Positions 60,101 to 64,000 of a DNA stretch of 64,000 bases are shown one piece after another. How positions within the stretch are numbered: position 1 is the stretch's first letter; each line of letters begins with the position of its first letter. The notes below the pieces were generated by a model. The model was given only the letters and a program-made list of their open reading frames with translations. It had not been told where the DNA came from and did no database searches. The stretch lies in contig JAKIWV010000002.1 of NCBI GenBank assembly GCA_022749815.1, positions 194,478 through 258,477 on the forward strand. The letters are read 5' to 3'. The stretch comes from Thermoplasmata archaeon (GTDB lineage: Archaea > Thermoplasmatota > Thermoplasmata > Lutacidiplasmatales > UBA184). A program made the position numbers and the translations under genes.

Positions 60101-60392
60101 AGATGTGGTCTCCGGATACCGGCTTCGTGCCGAGGGCCTGTGGGATGCGGCCCGCGGGGATCGAGCTGCTGCTGTTCGCCATTTGCAGCAGAGTATCGTC
60201 GTCTGGGAGCGAGTGGCTTGGCCCTACGAAGTTGCTCAATCGCAATTCTATCTCGGAAGAGTTTACGCCCAGTCGGGTGACACTACTTCTGCGGCCGTCG
60301 CCAAGAAGCAAGCGCTGGAAGGGTTCACCCGAATCGACGCGCAGCTCGGCGTAAAACGCGTCTCGGCTGAGAAGGAGCCACTCCAAGCTTAG
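57102..60392 (+). CDS. Class III adenylate cyclase fused to STAND AAA ATPase and TPR-like repeats
   Basis: TDLVGFT, KTIGDG, RIGVHVGDV, DIYGD.VN..SRIE; GEAGIGKS, FIEDLQ, GGNPYF. Confidence 0.93.
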   Translation: MPEESRRLAAIVLTDLVGFTARTRLDETRALEVLEEHRGIVRSALREHDGREIKTIGDGFLVEFGSAFEAVRAAIRIQELMHDYNAQPRRAQIRARIGVHVGDVVHREGDIYGDCVNQVSRIEPLADPGGVCVSSPVYEQVKHQFREGFVKLDSPASKEGPLPVDVYKILLPWEQGIQLRLGTASLVGRGSDWDTLRSLLDRAAGGEGGVVFVCGEAGIGKSKFAEQGLAYAQRRKMTCLRARCAQKTSAIPYGPWSEMFRELAREATALYLSKIAEGSVEALITLVPELRDKLGPSRTSAALEASADDRRRFIDHLCQVFLNISRDTPLLLFIEDLQFADEGSADLLETIARKARDAALLIVGNARDAEVEESTPFGRLNFVLHADRLNTVISLKRLDRNQVAELIGEILGDSGVSDEFRDMIFGKTGGNPYFVEELLQALIDEGTMFRTGVGWERKPMAQIRLPRTVRELLHQRLARQDEDTLNLLRVASVVGVEFPFGPVREVTALDEERGVNALEHALRARLVNERELGSGRVVYEFGDRQIRDVLYEEISLVRAQRYHRQIAQALERDLETKADELAGEVAYHYLLGNERIKALEFSIRAGDRASRLYAHSEAVRQYTTALDILEEHPDDPVRAQLFEKLGDEEDLLANAKGAVQSWEQAARGYERSGRRIAAGATLVKVAGHLASMLVDRPRSIQVFGEARQMLESETESPELAWLYAQLAAVHSYSSGTSELVQDLCRRAIALGERLKSRSAEISAYSTLSTVLPAHERRKALDLQKKALDIAVLNRSEVLTMDAYSALGFSTIQLDGDCAGALRCQQHALEMATRAAAIGLEMRLRGVQISLVFIRMGRLREARQSSEELYRFAAEHLPRRRWTDLCILGEVLVLQGQLTRAQEVLAEWDSLPKDSVPWYCQARTSSVLAELDLALGRQDSAEKRLETACDLARRQGFAAVHAYDAAKALALLVECRLRRSQQREAEDALQELKRLGDAFDGDVVSGYRLRAEGLWDAARGDRAAAVRHLQQSIVVWERVAWPYEVAQSQFYLGRVYAQSGDTTSAAVAKKQALEGFTRIDAQLGVKRVSAEKEPLQA

Positions 60393-60613
60393 TAGTCGTT
60401 CATCGCGGACAAACGAGGAGTCTGTAGGCCTCAGGGTGAGAGCGGGGGCGGCCGGCCGGGGTGGCTTCGCGACCTCGCGTGCTCGCCCCCATCCTAGGTC
60501 AGCCTGGGTCTCCGAGTGCCATTGGACTCAGGCGTTCCTCGAAATGCTGTTGTTCACCCCCCGGTTCCCTGTCCTGGCTGGGCTCTGACGCCTTACTTGT
60601 GGGCGCACGTCGA

Positions 60614-60633
60614 GCTGCAACTACCATTGCACC
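60614..60633 (+). repeat. Dif-like site copy 9: GCTGCAA-CTACCA-TTGCACC
   Basis: Matches consensus; intergenic. Confidence 0.83.
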
Positions 60634-60774
60634 CCTGTCGAGTAGAGGTCGCGGACTGAGACTCCATAGTCTATCCCGCTCCGACGTCGTAGGAGGCCGG
60701 TCGCGCTTCATTCGACACCGTTCCATCACCCCCCCTCTAAGGTACATATGCTAGCCGAAAGTTGGAAGGCCCGT

Positions 60775-61878
60775 ATGCCGACCGATTCCGTCTCGTCCCA
60801 AACCCGTGCCAAGCTCGCGCGATCCGTCCTCAAGAACAATCTTCAACTGAAACCTGGAGAACGCGTAATCGTCGAGGCCTGGACCCACACACTACCGTGG
60901 GCCGTTGCCTTCGCGCGCGAGGCCCGGCATATGGGTGCGCAAGTGCTCATCCCCTACGAGGACGAGGAGGCGTACTGGGACGCTGTCGCACACGGAGAGG
61001 ACCGACTACTCGGGAAGGTGGCTCCCCACGAATGGGCCGCGCTGGCGAAGAGCAACGTGTACATCCACATGTGGGGTCCGGGGGACCGTGTGCGGCTCAA
61101 CGGGCTTCCTGAGGCCCAACAGAACCGGCTATTCGGGTTCAACAACCAATGGTACTCCACGGCCCTGAAGAATGGCGTCAGAGGTGCCCGACTCGAGCTC
61201 GGTCGACCTTATCCCGCGCTGACCAAGGCGTACAAGGCTGACGAAGCCGCGTGGATGGACCAGGTGATACGGGGGACGATGGTGAGTCCCGACTCGCTGG
61301 CCCGAATCGGGTCACCCGTCGGACGTGTGCTCGGCCGTGGAAAGCGCATCCGGATCCAGGATGACCGAGGCACTGATCTAACGCTCGGTCTCGCTAGGCG
61401 ACCCGTACGCATGGACTATGGACGAACGACTCCCGCCGAAAGGAAGCGACCGTTCAATCAGCTCACCACCCTACCGTCGGGTGCAGCCACTCTGGCGCTG
61501 GATGAGAGTGTGGCCGACGGGACGATCGTCGGCAACCGGACGTGCTTCTACGACGACGCGATCGCGACGGGGGGCGTTTTCAGTTTCCGGAAAGGAAAGC
61601 TCGCTCACGCCGAGTTCGAGACGGGCGGGGACCGGTTCGACCGGGACTTCAAGAAAGGCGGAAAGGGGCGTGACCGTCCGGGTCAGCTGCGCATCGGACT
61701 GAACCCCCAGTTGAACAACACGCCCCAGCTCGAAGACCGCGAGCTCGGTGCGGTGATGGTATCTCTCGGAAACAATCAGTTCTACGGCGGCAAGAACCGG
61801 TCTCGGTTGTTCGGTTGGGTCATCAACTCTGGCGCCACGGTCGAGGTGGACGGCAAGCCCCTGGCTCTCGGAAGCTGA
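60775..61878 (+). CDS. M29 aminopeptidase-like protein lacking recognisable metal ligands
   Basis: L.LKPGE.V, GTDL, LP.G, ADG.IV, IGLNP, V..DG fold motifs. Confidence 0.75.
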   Translation: MPTDSVSSQTRAKLARSVLKNNLQLKPGERVIVEAWTHTLPWAVAFAREARHMGAQVLIPYEDEEAYWDAVAHGEDRLLGKVAPHEWAALAKSNVYIHMWGPGDRVRLNGLPEAQQNRLFGFNNQWYSTALKNGVRGARLELGRPYPALTKAYKADEAAWMDQVIRGTMVSPDSLARIGSPVGRVLGRGKRIRIQDDRGTDLTLGLARRPVRMDYGRTTPAERKRPFNQLTTLPSGAATLALDESVADGTIVGNRTCFYDDAIATGGVFSFRKGKLAHAEFETGGDRFDRDFKKGGKGRDRPGQLRIGLNPQLNNTPQLEDRELGAVMVSLGNNQFYGGKNRSRLFGWVINSGATVEVDGKPLALGS

Positions 61879-62001
61879 ATCTCCGTCGGCCCACCGCACC
61901 GGTTGGGCCGGGGTCCCCGGTTCGGTGCATCGTGTCAAGAAATACGAGCCGCCCGCCCGAAGAACGCCTCCTCTCGCGCTGACAGCTGCCGATTTTCGAG
62001 A

Positions 62002-62021
62002 GGTGCACTTACCATTGCGCC
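62002..62021 (+). repeat. Dif-like site copy 10: GGTGCAC-TTACCA-TTGCGCC
   Basis: Two mismatches to consensus; intergenic. Confidence 0.75.
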
Positions 62022-62135
62022 CTATCACTCCGTTCAGATTCGACGGCTGGAGCGGCTTTGCATACGGCTCGGCTACCGGACCCAGGTTCCCTCACTCCCA
62101 CAAAAGGAAAGTAGAATGCCCAAGTTCGGGGAGAC

Positions 62136-62939
62136 GTGCCCGAGAAGACGGACCTCTACGGCTTGACTTACTCGAAGTTCTCCGAGGATTCTCTTGCGCA
62201 GGTACGGCTGGAGGCCTATGGACCGGACATTGGCCAGAACAGCTGGACGCTGAAGTCTGAGTACGAAGGGTTTCTGCAGGATCTTGGCCTCGGAGCTGGC
62301 CGCAGACTGCTCGACGTCGCCTGTGGAGCGGGCGGTCCCGCGCTCTTTAGCGCGCGCACAACCGGCTGCGCAGTGGTAGGCGTGGACATCAGCGGCAACG
62401 GAATTCAGACTGCGACCCGTCTGGCCTCCGAAGCTGGATTGTCAGACCGTGTGACCTTCCAAGTCCTGGATGCCAACTCGACACTGCCCTTCCACGATGG
62501 AACCTTCGACGCAATCATCTGCGTGGATGCGTTCATCCACCTTCAGGATCGGCTGGTCGTCCTGAACGACTGGCGCCGCCTCTTGAAACCCAAAGGGAGG
62601 GTCGTTTTCACCGACTCGGCCGTGGTCACGGGACTCATCACTAACGAGGAAATCGCCATACGGAGTCCAAACGCGAAATGTGTCTTTTCCCCACCAGGGA
62701 ACGACGAACGCCTCCTGCGGGATTCGGGGTTTCAGCTTCTTCGAATGACGGATTCGACCACCGCGATGGCCGGAATTGCTGGGGCCCGGCATTCAGCCCG
62801 TGCTCGACATGAGGAAGGTTTGGTTGCCCTCGAAGGAAAGCAACTGTTCTCTGGCTTTCAACGCTTCCTCGATTGCGTTCAGCGCCTGGCAGCTGAACGA
62901 AGATTGTCCCGGTTCGTATTCCTCGCCGAACGACTCTAG
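62136..62939 (+). CDS. Class I SAM-dependent methyltransferase
   Basis: LLDVACGAGG, VVGVDIS, LPF.DGTFD, LLKPKG. Confidence 0.92.
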   Translation: MPEKTDLYGLTYSKFSEDSLAQVRLEAYGPDIGQNSWTLKSEYEGFLQDLGLGAGRRLLDVACGAGGPALFSARTTGCAVVGVDISGNGIQTATRLASEAGLSDRVTFQVLDANSTLPFHDGTFDAIICVDAFIHLQDRLVVLNDWRRLLKPKGRVVFTDSAVVTGLITNEEIAIRSPNAKCVFSPPGNDERLLRDSGFQLLRMTDSTTAMAGIAGARHSARARHEEGLVALEGKQLFSGFQRFLDCVQRLAAERRLSRFVFLAERL

Positions 62940-62945
62940 CCGCGT

Positions 62946-63639
62946 CTATGGGGGCGGGTTGGTAGACCCGTCCGAGCCGAACTGACCGGGGAACTCCGTC
63001 GCCTCGGGTGGGATGCCTTCCCCATTGACCTTTCGACAGACCGGGCAAATGAGATCAGGTGGGCTGAAGTGTGCGAAGTACGAGGCCCGATACGCATCGT
63101 ATAAGCAACTCACGTTCGGCAACTCCTGCCCATCGGGGCCCTTAGGAGTGCCGATCCCTGCTGAAGCAGCTAGACTGTAGAATGGTTCAGTCCTGAGACT
63201 CTCTATTGATTCGGGGCGCTCGATGTATCCAGTTCGCCCGGGAACTGGAACTTCCGCGTACCTCTTCGCGCGCGGAGGGGTCAGTTGCTCGAGAACCCAC
63301 ACGGGCTTGGAGGGACCAACTGCAATCCCCATTTCAAATGAAACCCATGCCGCCCTTTGGATTCTTTCGATGTACGGGGAAAGCAGGAGGAAGAGTGAGG
63401 CGGACTCCTCGATCCTCTGCCTCAGAACATGATCATGGGGAGGTCGGGGGCCCTCCCAGCTGTAGAAGAAGGCCCCATGGTCGACCGATCCGAACAACGT
63501 TTGTAAAAACTCCTTCCCGTTTACGTCACGGGCACTGTGGGAAACAAAAAACCTTTGACTTCTGCAAGCCGGGAGGTTCTATGCCGACAGAACCTTTCAC
63601 CCGCGGTGCCCACAAGCGCGAACCACTTTTCTCTGACAT
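62946..63639 (-). pseudogene. TIR-domain gene with C-terminal zinc-ribbon-like tail, +1 frameshift in A6 run at 63546-63551
   Basis: Removing one base joins ATG 63639 to KVFVSHSARD...IEES..LFLLLSP...WVSFEMG.A...KPV...CPVC. Confidence 0.7.
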
Positions 63640-63701
63640 GAAACCGGCTTCCCAACGCCCCGGCGGGGGTTTTTCCTCGGGGAGAAGCGTGCTACTCTAA
63701 A

Positions 63702-63721
63702 AACGCAAGTACCATTGCACG
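63702..63721 (+). repeat. Dif-like site copy 11: AACGCAA-GTACCA-TTGCACG
   Basis: Core GCAA-N6-TTGCAC with ACCA spacer end; intergenic. Confidence 0.68.
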
Positions 63722-63803
63722 TTCCGCGCTACCCGACGCTCTGGCTTGGCAACGACTGCAGGACCGTTCGAAATGTGTAGGTTTCCCAGGTCCAGGAGGG
63801 GAG

Positions 63804-64000
63804 TTAGGTCGGTGTCAGTCCCGGTTTGCGACCGGTGGCCAGGATTACTGTCTCCGGGACGCTTACGTGGCCATTGGACTCGAAACTTCTCATGGACTCC
63901 GTGATTTCTTTGGCAGCCCGAGTCCGGGCCTTTGCGTCTAGGGCGTCTATGACCCGTTTGAACGGGGGAGCCCCAGAGAAGAACACGTCGCACACTTCTT
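63804..64000 (-). CDS. C-terminal end of a gene running off the window (probable methyltransferase)
   Basis: ...L....R.....I...M..F...G.V.VP..VILATGRKP, a C-terminus typical of class I methyltransferases. Confidence 0.5.
   Translation of the reverse strand, partial: EVCDVFFSGAPPFKRVIDALDAKARTRAAKEITESMRSFESNGHVSVPETVILATGRKPGLTPT

Noticed and set aside
8493-63721. Reading the repeated sites as classical integron attC sites or a CRISPR array
   Set aside because: There are no RYYYAAC...GTTRRRY ends with long imperfect hairpins, cargo genes face both ways, and spacing is kilobases with no cas genes.
7523-64000. Integrase, transposase or viral structural genes explaining the island
   Set aside because: No R-HxxR-Y, DDE, HUH or capsid-like motifs were recognised in any ORF. 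A highly degraded remnant cannot be excluded by eye.

Overview
High-GC archaeal DNA, most consistent with a Thermoplasmata lineage (tRNA-Trp with a bulge-helix-bulge intron, thermopsin-type 'YPVTFxETGLP' surface repeats, YVTN propeller, COG1497-like regulator). Bases 1-7522 are housekeeping-like: 3' part of uvrB, an MFS transporter, a wHTH regulator, a cobalamin/Fe-siderophore ABC transporter and tRNA-Trp(CCA). From the tRNA onward, about 56 kb is a patchwork of short, mixed-orientation accessory genes and several pseudogenes, with no integrase or transposase that I could recognise. Main observation: eleven intergenic copies of a 20-bp site with Xer/dif-like geometry (GGTGCAA-6 bp asymmetric spacer YNNCCA-TTGCACC) punctuate this region. 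All have the same orientation, two lie between convergent gene ends, and they divide the right end into 1-2-gene modules. This suggests an undescribed recombination-site gene-cassette array. Also seen: two downstream duplications of the tRNA-Trp 3' end (att-like, 18216 and 20621); a local CGCGACA-NN-TGTCG palindrome repeated three times beside three paralogous WxxHxxxCxxC proteins, an orphan gene and a STAND ATPase; a tandem G1 glutamic peptidase; a DDxxD terpene-synthase-like gene; and a TIR gene frameshifted in an A6 run. All calls come from reading motifs by eye, with no database searches.
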